Shown here: one piece after another, positions 14,964-28,719 of the stretch
Layout of the letters: every line of letters starts with the position of its first letter
Position numbering within the stretch: position 1 is the stretch's first letter
From: Halogeometricum borinquense DSM 11551
GTDB lineage: Archaea; Halobacteriota; Halobacteria; Halobacteriales; Haloferacaceae
Direction: 5' to 3'
DNA: 32,000 nt
Assembly: GCF_000172995.2 (NCBI RefSeq)
Contig: NC_014729.1
Coordinates: 1,560,001 to 1,592,000, forward strand
Notes under the pieces: generated by a model
Database searches by the model: none
What the model was told of the DNA's origin: nothing
What the model saw: only the letters and a program-made list of their open reading frames with translations
Program-made: the position numbers and the translations under genes

Positions 14964-17549
14964 TTACTCAGTCGATGTGTCTTCGTCGGACGTATCTTCA
15001 TCTGACGTTTCGTCGTCTGGCGCTTCTTCGTCCGACGCTTCCTCGTCTACTTCGTCGGAACCGACGTTGTAAACATCGACACTGGCGACGTGGTCGCCTT
15101 CGTCCATGTCCATGACGGTAACGCCCATCGTGTTCCGGCCGACCGTCGAGATATCTTCGACCGGCGTCCGCAGGATCTGTCCGGACTCGCTCATCACGAA
15201 CAGGTGGTCGCCGTAGCCGACAGTCTCCATCGCACAGACCGGGCCGTTCCGGTCGTTCGTCTTGATGTCGATGAGACCCTTTCCGTTGCGAGATTGGCGG
15301 CGGTAGCGCTCGATATCCGAGCGCTTGCCGTAGCCGTTTTGGGTGACGGTGAGGACCCAGTTGTGTCGGTCCTCGTCCACGGCGGCGACGCCAACGAGTT
15401 CGTCGTCGCCTTCTAGTTTCATGCCGCGAACGCCGCGTGCGGAGCGACCCATCGCGCGAACGTCGCTTTCGTCGAATCGGATGGCCATCCCGTCCCGCGA
15501 GGCAAGCACTAAGTCGTGACTGCCGTCGGTCACCTCGACGTCGGCCAGTTCGTCGTCTTCGTCCAGTTTCGTGGCGATAATACCCGTGGTGAGGATGTTC
15601 TGGAACTTCTCGACGCTGGTGCGCTTGACGTACCCGTTCTGCGTCGCCATCGTGAGGTATTTGTCCGTCTCGTCCTCGATATCGGCGGTGTTGACGACAG
15701 CGGTTATCTCCTCGCCGTCGTCCAGTTCCAAGAGGTTGACCGCCGACTTCCCGCGGGCGGTCCGAGACATCTCCGGAATCTGGTACGTCTTCAGCTTGTA
15801 CACCTGTCCGTGGTTCGTGAAGTACAGCAGGTAATCGTGCGTACTCGCCACGAAGACGGAGGATACCCTGTCGCCCTCTTTCAGATCGGTGCCGATGATC
15901 CCCTTCCCGCCGCGGTGTTGCGCGCGGAACGTGTCGAGGGGCATCCGCTTGATGTAGTCATCCTCGGTGACGACGACGACGACATCCTCCTCGGCGATGA
16001 GGTCCTCGTGCGTCACCGTACCGGTGTCTTCGATGAACGAGGTGCGGCGTTCGTCGTCGTACTCGTCTTTGATCGCCGTCAGCTCGGACTTGATGACTGC
16101 GTCGAGTTCGTCGGGGTTGTTCAGAATCTCGTTCAGGCGGTCGATTCTGTCTTGGACCTCCTCGTATTCGTCCTTAATCTCCGCCGCCTCCATCGAGGTG
16201 AGCGAACCGAGTTGCATGGCGACGATGTGGTTGGCTTGATCCTCCGAGAAGTCGAAAGTGGGGAGGGGTTCGCCGTCCACTTCGACGGTCATCTCACCGC
16301 GGAGTGCCGCCTTCGCGTCGTCGCGGCTCTCGGAATTCCGAATGGTTTCCACCACGTCGTCGATATTTTCGAGGGCCTTCAGGCGGCCTTCGAGGATGTG
16401 CGCTCGGTCTTCGGCCTCCCCGAGTTCGTACTCGGAGCGCCGGCGCACGACCTCGCGGCGGTGGTCGAGATACTCTTTCAGCGTCTCCTTCAGGGTGAGA
16501 ACGCGCGGTTGCCCGTCCACGAGAGCGAGGTTGATGACGCCGAACGTCGATTCGAGGTGGTGTTCGAGCAGTTGGTTTTTCACCACGTCGGGGTTTGCGC
16601 CGCGCTTGAGTTCGACGACGACGCGGATACCGTCGCGGTCGGATTCGTCACGCAGGTCGCGGATACCCTCGATCTTTCCGTCGTTTACGTCGTCGGCGAT
16701 CCGCTCGATGAGGCGGGCTTTGTTCTCCTGATACGGGAGTTCGGTGATAACGATGTTGTCGCCGTCTTCGTCAACCTCGAACTCGGCGCGGACGCGGATT
16801 CTGCCGCGACCGGTCTTGTACGCTTTGTGAACGGCGTTCTTGCCGACAATGTTTGCGCCCGTCGGGAAGTCCGGTCCCTTCACGTACTCCATCAGGTCTT
16901 CGACCGTACAATCGGGATTCTCGATGAGGTGCGTCGTCGCATCGATGACCTCTCCGAGGTTGTGCGGCGGGATGTTCGTGGACATCCCAACAGCGATACC
17001 CGACGACCCGTTGACGAGGAGGTTCGGGAACGACGACGGAAGGACGACCGGTTCCTGTTTGCGGTCGTCGTAGTTGGATTGGAAATCAACCGTATCCTTG
17101 TCGATGTCTTCGAGGAGTTCCTCCGCGATGGGGGCCATCCGGGCCTCCGTATACCGCATCGCGGCCGGCGGATCCCCGTCTACGGACCCGAAGTTCCCCT
17201 GTCCGTCCACGAGAGGGTAGCGCATCGAGAAGTCCTGCGCCATGCGCGCGAGGGCGTCGTAGATGGCGGAGTCACCGTGCGGGTGGTAGTCACCCATCGT
17301 CTCGCCCACGATGGACGAGGACTTCCGGTGCGAGGAACGGGCGGAGACGCCCGCTTCGTTCATCGCATAGAGGATGCGACGGTGAACGGGTTTGAGTCCG
17401 TCGCGCACGTCGGGCAGGGCACGACCCGCAATGACCGACATCGCGTAGTCGATGTACGACTGCTCCATCTCCTGCTCGATACGTGCGTTTTGAACCTCTG
17501 CGGCGATGCCTGCGTCTTTTTGGAACTTGTCTGGTGCGTCAGAACTCAT
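14964..17549 (-). CDS. gyrA: DNA gyrase subunit A
   Basis: 861 aa with GDYHPHGD, the active-site Tyr motif [10 protein letters not shown], a C-terminal beta-pinwheel region and an acidic SDE/TSDED tail. The ATG directly follows the gyrB stop (TAG-ATG junction at 17547-17552). Confidence 0.97.
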   Translation of the reverse strand: MSSDAPDKFQKDAGIAAEVQNARIEQEMEQSYIDYAMSVIAGRALPDVRDGLKPVHRRILYAMNEAGVSARSSHRKSSSIVGETMGDYHPHGDSAIYDALARMAQDFSMRYPLVDGQGNFGSVDGDPPAAMRYTEARMAPIAEELLEDIDKDTVDFQSNYDDRKQEPVVLPSSFPNLLVNGSSGIAVGMSTNIPPHNLGEVIDATTHLIENPDCTVEDLMEYVKGPDFPTGANIVGKNAVHKAYKTGRGRIRVRAEFEVDEDGDNIVITELPYQENKARLIERIADDVNDGKIEGIRDLRDESDRDGIRVVVELKRGANPDVVKNQLLEHHLESTFGVINLALVDGQPRVLTLKETLKEYLDHRREVVRRRSEYELGEAEDRAHILEGRLKALENIDDVVETIRNSESRDDAKAALRGEMTVEVDGEPLPTFDFSEDQANHIVAMQLGSLTSMEAAEIKDEYEEVQDRIDRLNEILNNPDELDAVIKSELTAIKDEYDDERRTSFIEDTGTVTHEDLIAEEDVVVVVTEDDYIKRMPLDTFRAQHRGGKGIIGTDLKEGDRVSSVFVASTHDYLLYFTNHGQVYKLKTYQIPEMSRTARGKSAVNLLELDDGEEITAVVNTADIEDETDKYLTMATQNGYVKRTSVEKFQNILTTGIIATKLDEDDELADVEVTDGSHDLVLASRDGMAIRFDESDVRAMGRSARGVRGMKLEGDDELVGVAAVDEDRHNWVLTVTQNGYGKRSDIERYRRQSRNGKGLIDIKTNDRNGPVCAMETVGYGDHLFVMSESGQILRTPVEDISTVGRNTMGVTVMDMDEGDHVASVDVYNVGSDEVDEEASDEEAPDDETSDEDTSDEDTSTE

Positions 17550-19712
<2,163 letters not shown>

Positions 19713-22115
19713 ATGACCTCGTTCCAGTCGACGCTCGGCGAGGATGCGGGAATCGCAGAGGAGTTGGCCGAGAGCCAACGCGCGATTTCCATCGCCGAGT
19801 TCTTCGAGAAGAACAAGCACATGCTCGGGTTCGACTCGGGGGCACGAGGCTTGGTCACCGCCGTAAAGGAGGCGGTAGACAACGCCCTCGACGCAACCGA
19901 GGAGGCGGGAATCAAGCCCGACATCTCCGTCGAAATTCGTGAATCCGGAGACTACTACACGCTCATCGTCGAGGACAACGGTCCCGGCATCACGAAAGAG
20001 CAGATTCCCAAGGTGTTCGGGAAGCTCCTCTACGGCTCCCGGTTCCACGCACGCGAACAGTCCCGCGGTCAGCAGGGTATCGGTATCTCCGCGGCGGTTC
20101 TCTACTCGCAGCTCACGTCGGGCAAGCCCGCCAAAGTTACCTCCCGGACGCAGGGCGACAGTGCGGCACAGTACTTCGAGCTTATCATCGACACGGATAC
20201 GAACGAGCCGGAGATTCAGGTCGAACACGAACTCGCGCCGGGCGAGTCGGACCTCTCGCCGACGCACGGCACGCGCATCGAAGTGGAGATGGAGGCGAAC
20301 ATGCGCGCTCGCCAGCAACTCCACGACTACGTGAAACACACCGCCGTCGTCAACCCGCACGCCCGATTGGTCCTTGACGAACCCGGCCTCGACGAACCGC
20401 TCCGGTACGAGCGCGTCGAAGGCGCTGGTCTCCCCGACGAAACGGAGGAGATTCGCCCGCACCCGCACGGCGTCGAACTCGGGACGCTCATCAAGATGCT
20501 CTCCCGCACGGAGTCGTACTCCGTCTCCGGCTTCCTTCAAGAGGAGTTCACACGCGTCGGCGCGAAGACGGCCGACAAGATTCTGAACAACTTCCGCGAC
20601 CGACACTTCGGTCGCGAGATGGGCTGGAGCGTTCCGGACACTGACGAGACCGATCTCGACGCCGCCATCACCGACGCTGTCGCCAACAAGGGCGCTGACG
20701 CGACTGCGACGTTCGCCGAGCGCGTCGGCGACACGCTCAGAAACCGCGAACGGACGACGCACTTCGAACTCGGTGACATCGTTGACACAGTCGCCAACGA
20801 CATCGAATCGGAGTTCGACGTCACGTTCGGCGATACCGTCCGCGAGAACGCTGTCGAAGCGGCGTGGGACATTCTGGTGACGGACCGAACGGCGGATCTC
20901 TACGCTCTCGTTGACGATGCGACCAGTACCCGAAAGGACGACGAAACGGTCCACGGTCTCGCAGAACGGGTCGCCGAGAAGTTCGATTCCTCCGCGGCCC
21001 ATCGCGCGACGAAAAAGCAGGTCCGCGAGTACGTTGATCGGTCTGCGGACCTGCTGGTTTCCGACGACGTTTCGTTCGGTGACACGGCCCGCGAGAACGT
21101 CACCGAGTCGCTGTGGGAAGTCATGCGCACTGTTCCGGACGACGTACCGAAGGTACGGGACGTGGCCGACGACCGCGACACCGCTTCGGAACTTCTCGAA
21201 GGGATGCGCGAGGCGGACATTCTCGCGCCGCCGACGAACTGCCTGTCGCCGATCACCGACGAGTTGGTCGAGGCGGGCCTCCGGAAGGAGTACGACGCGG
21301 ACTTCTACGCTGCGGCGACGCGTGACGCGGAAGTCCACGGGGGCGACCCGTTCATCGTCGAGGCTGGCATCGCCTACGGCGGTGACCTCCAGTCGGAGGG
21401 GTCGGTCGATCTGCTCCGATTCGCAAACCGCGTCCCCCTCGTCTACCAGCGCGGTGCGTGTGCGACGACGGACGTCGTAAAGCGAATCGGCTGGCGAAAC
21501 TACGGGCTGGACCAGCCCGGCGGTTCGGGAATGCCGAAGGGGCCGGCGGTCATCATGGTTCACGTCGCCTCCACGAACGTGCCGTTCACCTCCGAGTCGA
21601 AGGACGCACTCGCTAACATTCCGGAGATCGAAGACGAGATCGAACTCGCCATCCGTGAGGCGTCGCGCGAACTGAAGTCCTATCTGAACAAGCGCCGGTC
21701 GATGCAGAAACGGCGGAAGAAACAGGACGTTCTCGGGCGCATCCTGCCGGAGATGGCCGACAAACTCGCAGAGGTGACAAAGCAGGACCGGCCCAACATC
21801 GATGGCGCACTCGCGCGCATCATGAACAACGTGAGCGTCGAACGCGAGGTTGCGGACGACACCGTGACGCTCGCGGTCGAGAATCACTCCGACCGGACCG
21901 AACAGCCGGATATCACCGATATCGTCACCGCGGAACCGACCGACGTACCGGACGACGCCACTGTCGTTGACTTAGACGGCGAGTGGTTCGTCAAGTGGAA
22001 CCCGTCGGTGTCGGCTGGAGAGACCGCCGAACTCACCTACACCGTAACGTCGGACGCCTCGTTCGACATCAACGTGGACGGCGTTGAAACTGAGAAGCTG
22101 ACCGTCAACACCTGA
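19713..22115 (+). CDS. top6B: DNA topoisomerase VI subunit B (long haloarchaeal form)
   Basis: Bergerat-fold motifs [16 protein letters not shown] and [10 protein letters not shown], transducer region with [11 protein letters not shown], and a C-terminal extension. Start at the ATG at 19713 ([11 protein letters not shown]) rather than the track start at 19638. Confidence 0.95.
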   Translation: MTSFQSTLGEDAGIAEELAESQRAISIAEFFEKNKHMLGFDSGARGLVTAVKEAVDNALDATEEAGIKPDISVEIRESGDYYTLIVEDNGPGITKEQIPKVFGKLLYGSRFHAREQSRGQQGIGISAAVLYSQLTSGKPAKVTSRTQGDSAAQYFELIIDTDTNEPEIQVEHELAPGESDLSPTHGTRIEVEMEANMRARQQLHDYVKHTAVVNPHARLVLDEPGLDEPLRYERVEGAGLPDETEEIRPHPHGVELGTLIKMLSRTESYSVSGFLQEEFTRVGAKTADKILNNFRDRHFGREMGWSVPDTDETDLDAAITDAVANKGADATATFAERVGDTLRNRERTTHFELGDIVDTVANDIESEFDVTFGDTVRENAVEAAWDILVTDRTADLYALVDDATSTRKDDETVHGLAERVAEKFDSSAAHRATKKQVREYVDRSADLLVSDDVSFGDTARENVTESLWEVMRTVPDDVPKVRDVADDRDTASELLEGMREADILAPPTNCLSPITDELVEAGLRKEYDADFYAAATRDAEVHGGDPFIVEAGIAYGGDLQSEGSVDLLRFANRVPLVYQRGACATTDVVKRIGWRNYGLDQPGGSGMPKGPAVIMVHVASTNVPFTSESKDALANIPEIEDEIELAIREASRELKSYLNKRRSMQKRRKKQDVLGRILPEMADKLAEVTKQDRPNIDGALARIMNNVSVEREVADDTVTLAVENHSDRTEQPDITDIVTAEPTDVPDDATVVDLDGEWFVKWNPSVSAGETAELTYTVTSDASFDINVDGVETEKLTVNT

Positions 22116-22117
22116 AC

Positions 22118-23212
22118 ATGAGCACGAATCAGAACGACGAACTCGCACAGGAACGACTTATCGACCTCGCCGTGGAGTTCTACGACCAGTTCGCCGAGGG
22201 CGATATCCCGCACATGGATATCCCGACGCGGACGAAGAGCAACATCGTCTTCGACGAGGATTCGAACGTGTGGGTGTACGGTGACCGGAAATCGACCCGC
22301 TCTGCCAACAGCGTTCGCGGCGCGCGAAAACTGCTGAAAGCGACGTACGCCATCGAATTCCTCGTCAACCAACTTGAGGAGGGCCGTTCGTCTACCCTGC
22401 GTGAGCTGTACTACCTCTCCGAATCGTGGGACACAGAGGAAGCGCAGTTCAACGACCAAGACGAGTCGAACCAACTCATCGAAGATCTCGAAATCGTCTC
22501 GAACGTCACCCGCGAGGACTTCCACATGCGACCGGAGGAGTCCGGTGCGACCCTCATGGGGCCGCTGGAACTCCGCGAGCAGACTCGTCGCGGCGAACGC
22601 GAGATTCACTGTCAGGAAGACGTTGGTGAAGGCGGCTACCAGATTCCGAACAACCCCGACACCATCGAGTTCTTAGATCACGACATCGATTTCGTTCTCT
22701 GCGTGGAGACGGGTGGTATGCGCGACCGCCTCATCGAAAACGGATTCGACGAGGAGTACGGCTGTCTCGTCGTCCATCTGAAGGGGCAACCAGCGCGGGC
22801 GACGCGCCGCATTACGAAACGTCTGCACGACGAACTCGACCTGCCGGTCATGGTCTTTACAGACGGTGACCCGTGGTCGTACCGCATCTACGGTTCCGTC
22901 GCCTACGGGTCCATCAAGTCCGCGCACCTCTCCGAGTATCTCGCCACGCCCGAGGCGCGCTTCGTCGGTATCCAACCGCAGGACATCGTTGACTACGACC
23001 TGCCGACCGATCCGCTCTCTGACTCGGACATAAACGCCCTCGAATCGGAACTCGAAGACCCGCGCTTCATGACCGATTACTGGGAAGAACAGATCGAACT
23101 ACAACTCGACATCGAGAAGAAAGCAGAACAGCAGGCGCTCGCCTCCCGCGGGCTGGACTTCGTGACCGACACCTATCTGCCGGAGCGGCTCGACACGATG
23201 GGTGTCATATAA
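22118..23212 (+). CDS. top6A: DNA topoisomerase VI subunit A (Spo11 homologue)
   Basis: Starts 2 nt after the top6B stop. Has the 5Y-CAP region with LRELYYLS (catalytic Tyr) and Toprim motifs CVETGGM and [12 protein letters not shown]. Confidence 0.95.
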   Translation: MSTNQNDELAQERLIDLAVEFYDQFAEGDIPHMDIPTRTKSNIVFDEDSNVWVYGDRKSTRSANSVRGARKLLKATYAIEFLVNQLEEGRSSTLRELYYLSESWDTEEAQFNDQDESNQLIEDLEIVSNVTREDFHMRPEESGATLMGPLELREQTRRGEREIHCQEDVGEGGYQIPNNPDTIEFLDHDIDFVLCVETGGMRDRLIENGFDEEYGCLVVHLKGQPARATRRITKRLHDELDLPVMVFTDGDPWSYRIYGSVAYGSIKSAHLSEYLATPEARFVGIQPQDIVDYDLPTDPLSDSDINALESELEDPRFMTDYWEEQIELQLDIEKKAEQQALASRGLDFVTDTYLPERLDTMGVI

Positions 23213-23228
23213 CGGTCCGACGCAACAC

Positions 23229-24050
23229 TTACAGCGATTCCTCGCGCAGAAACCGCCCAACAACTCGGTTGAACGCTGTCGTCTGTTCGGTGGCGGCGGC
23301 GTGACCCGTCCCTCGGAGCAGTGCCAGCGTTGCGTCCGGAAGCATCTCCTTCGTCTCCCGCAGTAGTTCCGGCGGGAACAGCCGATCTTCGTCGCCGCCG
23401 ACAACCAGCGTCGGCATCCTTACGTCTCCTAATCGGTCGGTCCCGTCGTGTTCGAGACAGGCCCGGATGGACGTGACCACGTCTTCGGGGTACGGTGGCG
23501 TCAGTAGCGGGCCGAGCAGACACATCGCCGCCGGGTAGACATGGTGTCGCCATCCAGTGTACGACTCGCGCGCCGAAGACGCGTAGAGATTCCCCCACGC
23601 GCCCGTCTTCGCCCATGTTTCCCAGTCTTCGAGGACCGTTCGTCCGGCGTCACCGACGCGTGCCGCGGTAGACCCGAGGACGAGTCGTTCGACCAGTTCG
23701 GGGTAGTCGGCGGCGAGGTGTTGGGCAACGAAACCACCCATCGAGTAGCCGAGGACGTGCCCGCCGCCCAGTTCGTCAAGCGCCGTCGCCGCCGATCCGG
23801 CGATTTCGCGCGTCGTCGCATCCGGGTCGAGGGCTCGGGGGCGACGAACCGTCCACACCGTGAAGTCGTCCGTGAGGCCGCGATACGTCACGCGAGCAAG
23901 ATACTCCGCTGTCGCCTTCGTCGGGCCGCCGGCGAACGCGTCGCTGAGTCCGGGGAGAACGACTAACGTCTCGGGACCGTCTCCCGCCCGGTAGTAGGGG
24001 ATTCGTCGATCAAAGTGGCCGTAGTCGGCCGTCAGTGTGAGGCGGGTCAT
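23229..24050 (-). CDS. Alpha/beta-fold hydrolase
   Basis: Nucleophile elbow GYSMGG, with VLPGLSD and GGDEDRLFP blocks. ATG at 24050 (MTRLTLTADYG). The track start at 24080 is a TTG. Substrate unknown. Confidence 0.75.
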   Translation of the reverse strand: MTRLTLTADYGHFDRRIPYYRAGDGPETLVVLPGLSDAFAGGPTKATAEYLARVTYRGLTDDFTVWTVRRPRALDPDATTREIAGSAATALDELGGGHVLGYSMGGFVAQHLAADYPELVERLVLGSTAARVGDAGRTVLEDWETWAKTGAWGNLYASSARESYTGWRHHVYPAAMCLLGPLLTPPYPEDVVTSIRACLEHDGTDRLGDVRMPTLVVGGDEDRLFPPELLRETKEMLPDATLALLRGTGHAAATEQTTAFNRVVGRFLREESL

Positions 24051-24137
24051 CGTCCGATAATAGAGGAGCGGACGAGACAAAACGGTTGTCGCGGGACTGG
24101 TGTTTCTGACCGTGGCTACGGCGGGTTTCGAGGTGGC

Positions 24138-24854
24138 TCAGACCGCGTGGTCTTCGGGATCTTCGAGAACGACCGGAACGCCGCGGGCGGCAACGTCCGC
24201 CGCGAACGCCTCCGGATCAGCGCTCAGGAGGTCGATCGTGTTGTAGTGAATTGGGAGGACCAAGCCTGGGTTCAACGCCGCAGCGAGGTCGGCCGCCTCG
24301 TGGCGGTCCATCACGATACTCCCGCCGATGTTAGCGAGGAAGAGATCCACTGACAACTGCTCGAAGCCAGCGAGCACGTCGCTGTCGCCGGGCCAGAACA
24401 CCTTGATTCCGTCCACCGACAGGAGGAAGCCGCACCCGAATCCGGGCGGATGAACGAGGCTGCCGTCGTCTCGGGTGTGCGGGCCGTCGGCTTCGTTGTA
24501 GGCGGCGAGTGTCCACAGGTCCACCGGACCGGCGGTCAGGTGTTCTTCCTCGCCGACACGGATGACCTCGTACGGGAGGTCTTCGACGGCCGCTACGTCC
24601 CGGTCGATGTTGGATGCGTCTACTCCCTCGAACACGACGACAGTGGCGTCTTCCTTGGCGACGGATCGAATCGCGTCGCTGTCGTAGTGGTGGTCGTGAG
24701 TGACACAGACGAGGTCGCCGTCGCGGGCGTAGTAGTCGTCTAACACGCCGTACCGACCCGGGTCGAGATAGACGACGTAGCCCGCTTCGGACTCGATTCG
24801 GACAGTCGCGTATCCTAACCACGCAACGTCGAGATTGCGGAAAGAGACGGTCAT
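24138..24854 (-). CDS. Metallo-beta-lactamase-fold metal-dependent hydrolase
   Basis: LVCVTHDHHYDSD (HxHxDH-like) motif. ATG at 24854 (MTVSFRNLDVAWLG), supported by a TATA-like box about 26 nt upstream. Confidence 0.75.
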   Translation of the reverse strand: MTVSFRNLDVAWLGYATVRIESEAGYVVYLDPGRYGVLDDYYARDGDLVCVTHDHHYDSDAIRSVAKEDATVVVFEGVDASNIDRDVAAVEDLPYEVIRVGEEEHLTAGPVDLWTLAAYNEADGPHTRDDGSLVHPPGFGCGFLLSVDGIKVFWPGDSDVLAGFEQLSVDLFLANIGGSIVMDRHEAADLAAALNPGLVLPIHYNTIDLLSADPEAFAADVAARGVPVVLEDPEDHAV

Positions 24855-24875
24855 ACTCGTTGGTAGCGGACCGAC

Positions 24876-24884
24876 GGAATAACG
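24876..24884 (-). promoter_or_regulatory. Candidate TATA box (cgttattcc on the minus strand) for the MBL-fold hydrolase
   Basis: Centred 26 nt upstream of the ATG at 24854. Confidence 0.35.
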
Positions 24885-24958
24885 CGTTTCGACTCGGCCG
24901 GCTGTTTGCGCGTTCGACAGCCACGCCGCAGGCCGCCGGTCACACAACTGGCCGTCTG

Positions 24959-26377
24959 TCAGTCGTCTGCGGGACCGAGTTCGTTCGTCGGCGCGAGGAT
25001 CGACGCGCCCTCGAACTCCATCGCAACGTCATCGCGGACGCCGAGGAGATCCAATATCGTCGGTGCGACCTGACGCATATCGATGTCGCCGTCCAGTGAT
25101 AGTGAGGGAGCGGCGGGACCGCCGACCCCGAAAACGGGTGTCGTCTCGGAATCGACGCGTCCGTGCGACCCGCAGACTTTCGTTGGGTCCGTCGAGACGA
25201 ACCCGCTTTCCCCGAGGAATAACTCGCAGGGGTCGTATCCGGGTTTCTCGTGGATATCCACGCTGTCGGCGTACGGCGGCATCGCCTCCGTCTCGTCTTC
25301 GTGCCACCAGTAGTAGGCGAACCACGCGTCGGCGTCCGCGAGAAGGACCAACTCGCCCGCATTTTCGTGGTCGATGCCGTAGGCCGCTTGGTCGTCGCCG
25401 TCGAGGATACGCTCGATGCCGGGACGGTCTTCGAGCGCTTCTCGCGCCCGTTCGACGGCGTCATGGTCGCAGTAGACATGCGCGACTTGGTGGTCTGCAA
25501 CGGCGAACGCCGCCGAGGCCGCGAGATCTGGAATCGCCCCGCCCTCGGCGTCCTGCGTCTGCAGCAGCCCCGCATCGCGGAGCGCGCGATTCGGGAACAC
25601 CGGCGTCGATACCTCGTGGAAGCCGTACTCGCTGACGACGACGACGGCCGTTTCCGACCATCGATCTGTCTTGCGGAGTGCATCAATGTACTCGCCGACG
25701 AGTTCGTCAACCTCCGAGAGCGCCGCCTCAAACTCGTCGGAGTTCGGGCCGTGACTCTGCCCTGTGTAGTCAAGATGCGGAAGGTACACCCAGAGCATGT
25801 CAGGATCGTAGCGCTCGGTCGCCTCGCGGGCCGCCGACAGAATCCACGTGCTACTCTCGGCGTTCGCTGCCGGACCCCAGTAGTTGTGAAGCGGGAAATG
25901 ACCGTACTCCTCGCGGAGTTCGTCGTAAAAGTCGTCTGGGTTCGTCCAGCAGTTCATCTCGATGAGACCGTTGTTCTCGTCCTCGATGGGTTTCGGCGTC
26001 ACCGCCACGTCTGCCGACGTGCCGTAGAGATGTTGGAAAAACAGCGCGCCAGTCGTGAGTTCGCAGTCGCTTTGCAGTTCCCAGATCCGCCGCCGGTCGC
26101 CGCTGTCTCGGCCCCACAGTTCCACCGTGTCCGTTTTGCGGTCGTACTCTGCGTTCGATACGTCGCCGTGCGTCGCGGGTGAGCGTCCGGTCGAAAGCGT
26201 CGTCTGCGCGGGAATCGTCACCGCCGGAAACGGTGGGACGAGTCCCGTCGTCGCGCCGTCATCGAACAGTTCGGAGAGGTGCGGCATCGACTCAGAAGTA
26301 ACGTGGTCGGGTTGGAGACCGACCACGTCGAGGACGATGACCCGTTCTGCCGTGGAGTCGCTTGCGTGTTCAGTCAT
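24959..26377 (-). CDS. Alkaline-phosphatase superfamily enzyme (type I phosphodiesterase / nucleotide pyrophosphatase family; EboF-like)
   Basis: 472 aa with VIVLDVVGL (metal Asp), the nucleophile block FPAVTIPAQTTLSTG, YLPHLDYTGQSHGP and CGSHGR. The ATG overlaps the stop of the upstream cyclase gene (ATGA at 26374-26377). Confidence 0.8.
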   Translation of the reverse strand: MTEHASDSTAERVIVLDVVGLQPDHVTSESMPHLSELFDDGATTGLVPPFPAVTIPAQTTLSTGRSPATHGDVSNAEYDRKTDTVELWGRDSGDRRRIWELQSDCELTTGALFFQHLYGTSADVAVTPKPIEDENNGLIEMNCWTNPDDFYDELREEYGHFPLHNYWGPAANAESSTWILSAAREATERYDPDMLWVYLPHLDYTGQSHGPNSDEFEAALSEVDELVGEYIDALRKTDRWSETAVVVVSEYGFHEVSTPVFPNRALRDAGLLQTQDAEGGAIPDLAASAAFAVADHQVAHVYCDHDAVERAREALEDRPGIERILDGDDQAAYGIDHENAGELVLLADADAWFAYYWWHEDETEAMPPYADSVDIHEKPGYDPCELFLGESGFVSTDPTKVCGSHGRVDSETTPVFGVGGPAAPSLSLDGDIDMRQVAPTILDLLGVRDDVAMEFEGASILAPTNELGPADD

Positions 26378-27672
26378 CGTTTGGGCTCCGTTCCGGGGGC
26401 CGAATCAGACTCTGAGGTGTCCGAATCACTCCCCGCTCCGTCCGTCCGAAGCGGTGTGAGCGGCTCTCTGTCGTCGGTATCGAGGTGGTCGTTCACGTAG
26501 GATTCGAGCATAGCGAACTGCCGGGAGAGGTCGTGTTCGCTCACGTCCATCGGCTCTTTGAAGAACGACGAGAGGTGGGTCTGGACGCCGCCTTCGTCGT
26601 GGTCGTCGGCGTAGGCAACGAGTCGGACGAGGTCCAAGACGAGCGGTGCGGCGAGCGTGGAATCTGCACCCTGCCACGTGAACTGCAGTGACATCGTCGT
26701 CCCCATGAACCCCCGGAAGTGGACGTGGTCCCACGCCGTCTTCCAGTCTCCGAGCGAAGGTGTGTAGTCGATGCGGACGCGGTTGTGCATGTTCGAGCCG
26801 AGAATGTTCGAGAGGACGCCGCCCTTACTCTGGAGTTTCCCGGCCTTGTTCTCGTCGTCCTCCAACACTTTGCCGTCGCCGTTGCCGAGGATGTTGAAGC
26901 CGTCCCACGACAGCACATCGAGGTTGCGTCCGGCGAACATCGGCCCGAGCGCGGACTTTAGCAGTGTCTCGCCGGTCTTGGCGTCGCGTCCGGCGTGCGG
27001 GACGTTCTTCGTTTCGGCTAACTCCCGCAACCCGCCGAGGTCGCTCCCCGTGGAGGGCGTGAAGTTGACGTACGGGTGGCCGTCGTCGAGGGCGGCGTAG
27101 GCGTAGAGCGAACTCGCGGGTAAGTCGGCGTCGTCGGCTTCGACTGCCTCTTCGAAGGCAGCCAGCGTCTCGTACCGGTCGGGATCTGTTACGGGTGGTT
27201 CCGAGGAGGCGAGGTTGACAACTACGAGGCGATCAACGCCGGTTTCGGCGACAAAATCGCTGTAATCGGAGCGAATCTGTTCGACTATCTCGCTCACAGT
27301 GTGGTTGCTGTCGAGGGTGTCGCCATCGGCCAGGGAGACGGCGCTTCCGCAGTTCTGTGCGGTGCCCGTCTCGATTCTGTCGTCTATCTCGCGGAGGTCG
27401 TCGGAGACGATTTCGAGCGTCTCTCGATCGACGATATTCGAGTCGGAGAGTTCGGTTGCAGTGTGGATGAGCGGTCGGTCGGCAATATCGTGACCGCCGA
27501 AGACGAACTCACTGACTGCGGGTAAATCGAGTAACGTGCAGGGTTCACGTGCTGTTACCATTCCGGTTTCGTCGGTTGTCCCCCGTGCAATGCCGCGCGC
27601 CCCAGCGATAGCCGTGGTTGCGACGTTGCCGCGTGCGCCGACGAACCAGACCCCCGTTCGCGTTCGCGTCAT
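26374..27672 (-). CDS. Inositol-3-phosphate synthase family protein (NAD-dependent sugar-phosphate cyclase; functional analogue of EboD)
   Basis: 432 aa with the N-terminal Rossmann VWFVGARGNVATT and family blocks GRDAKTGETLLKSALGPMF, NILGNGDGKVL, LQSKGGVLSNILG and DSTLAAPLVLDLVRL. It also has an acidic Ser/Asp-rich C-terminal tail. Confidence 0.85.
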   Translation of the reverse strand: MTRTRTGVWFVGARGNVATTAIAGARGIARGTTDETGMVTAREPCTLLDLPAVSEFVFGGHDIADRPLIHTATELSDSNIVDRETLEIVSDDLREIDDRIETGTAQNCGSAVSLADGDTLDSNHTVSEIVEQIRSDYSDFVAETGVDRLVVVNLASSEPPVTDPDRYETLAAFEEAVEADDADLPASSLYAYAALDDGHPYVNFTPSTGSDLGGLRELAETKNVPHAGRDAKTGETLLKSALGPMFAGRNLDVLSWDGFNILGNGDGKVLEDDENKAGKLQSKGGVLSNILGSNMHNRVRIDYTPSLGDWKTAWDHVHFRGFMGTTMSLQFTWQGADSTLAAPLVLDLVRLVAYADDHDEGGVQTHLSSFFKEPMDVSEHDLSRQFAMLESYVNDHLDTDDREPLTPLRTDGAGSDSDTSESDSAPGTEPKR

Positions 27673-27861
27673 ATCTTGTTCGGGGGACGGAACGCGGTTA
27701 GTTATGTGTCGGCTTCAGTGCAAATGGATGCATTTCGATCCCCGTCTGTCGGTTCGAATAGCCTGTTAAATGGTTTCTACCGGTGATTCTGCACAAACTT
27801 TCTCTGTCCCTAAACCTGTAGGATGTTGATAACAAAGCCCGATTAGTCCCGACTGTGCCGC
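27673..27861. promoter_or_regulatory. Divergent promoter spacer of the six-gene cluster
   Basis: 189-bp AT-enriched spacer. cataactaacc (minus strand, 27697-27707) lies about 30 nt before the ATG at 27672, and gttgataaca (27825-27834) about 32 nt before the ATG at 27862. A small aaatg/cattt inverted repeat sits at 27722-27735. Confidence 0.4.
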
Positions 27862-28716
27862 ATGCGTCTGATCGACTCACACGCGCACATGACCTCGCGG
27901 ACCACGGACGATTACCGCGAGATGCGGCGGTCGGGCATCGAGTGCGTCATCGAACCATCCTTTTGGTCGGGTTCGGACAAACTGTATCCCGAATCGTTCT
28001 TCGATTACTTCGAGCACATCATCGACTTCGAGACCGAACGCGCCGACCGCGTCGCCGGGATGGAGCACTACGTCACGGTCTCGATCAATCCGAAGGAGGC
28101 AGTTGACCGCGAGATGTCCGAAGCCGTCATCGACCGTCTGCCGGAGTATCTCGAACGCGACCGCGTCGTCGGTGTCGGCGAGATCGGGTTCAACCTCCAG
28201 ACCGACGAGGAAGAGTGGGCGTTCCGCGAGCAACTCCGCCTCGCAGAAGAACACGAACAACCCGTCATCATCCACCTTCCGCACACGGAGAAGCCGAAGG
28301 GTGCGGTCCGGACGGTAGAGATCATCGAGGAGATGGGCGTCACGCAAGAGCGAATCATCATCGACCACAACGAACCGGAGACGATGGAGACGACGGCGGC
28401 GACGGACTGTTGGCTCGGGTTCACGCTCTACCCCGGTAAGATATCTATCGAGGAGGTCATGCCGCTTCTCGAAGCGTACGGCACCGACAGACGTATCATC
28501 AACTCCTCGGCAGACTGGGATGATTCGGACCCACTCGCCGTCCCGAAAGCCCGCGACGCGATGATCGACGCTGGGTGGGACCGCGATACGGTGCGGAAGC
28601 TTCTGTTCGAGAATCCCTTAGCGTTCTTCTCGCAGTCGCCGCATTTCGACTACGCGGACGCCGTTGCGGCGGAGTCCGATGGCGAAAGCGTCCCCCAGGG
28701 TGCAGAGGCCGAGTAA
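27862..28716 (+). CDS. TatD-related metal-dependent hydrolase (amidohydrolase fold; EboB-like)
   Basis: N-terminal IDSHAH (HxH) motif, GEIGF and VIIHLPH blocks, 284 aa. First gene of a tightly packed four-gene unit. Confidence 0.8.
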   Translation: MRLIDSHAHMTSRTTDDYREMRRSGIECVIEPSFWSGSDKLYPESFFDYFEHIIDFETERADRVAGMEHYVTVSINPKEAVDREMSEAVIDRLPEYLERDRVVGVGEIGFNLQTDEEEWAFREQLRLAEEHEQPVIIHLPHTEKPKGAVRTVEIIEEMGVTQERIIIDHNEPETMETTAATDCWLGFTLYPGKISIEEVMPLLEAYGTDRRIINSSADWDDSDPLAVPKARDAMIDAGWDRDTVRKLLFENPLAFFSQSPHFDYADAVAAESDGESVPQGAEAE

Positions 28717-28719
28717 CCG

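Noticed and set aside
14964-15070. Repetitive acidic tail of GyrA ([28 protein letters not shown]) with short nucleotide repeats.
   Set aside because: Acidic low-complexity tails are common in haloarchaeal proteins, and this is not evidence of a separate feature or mobile insertion.
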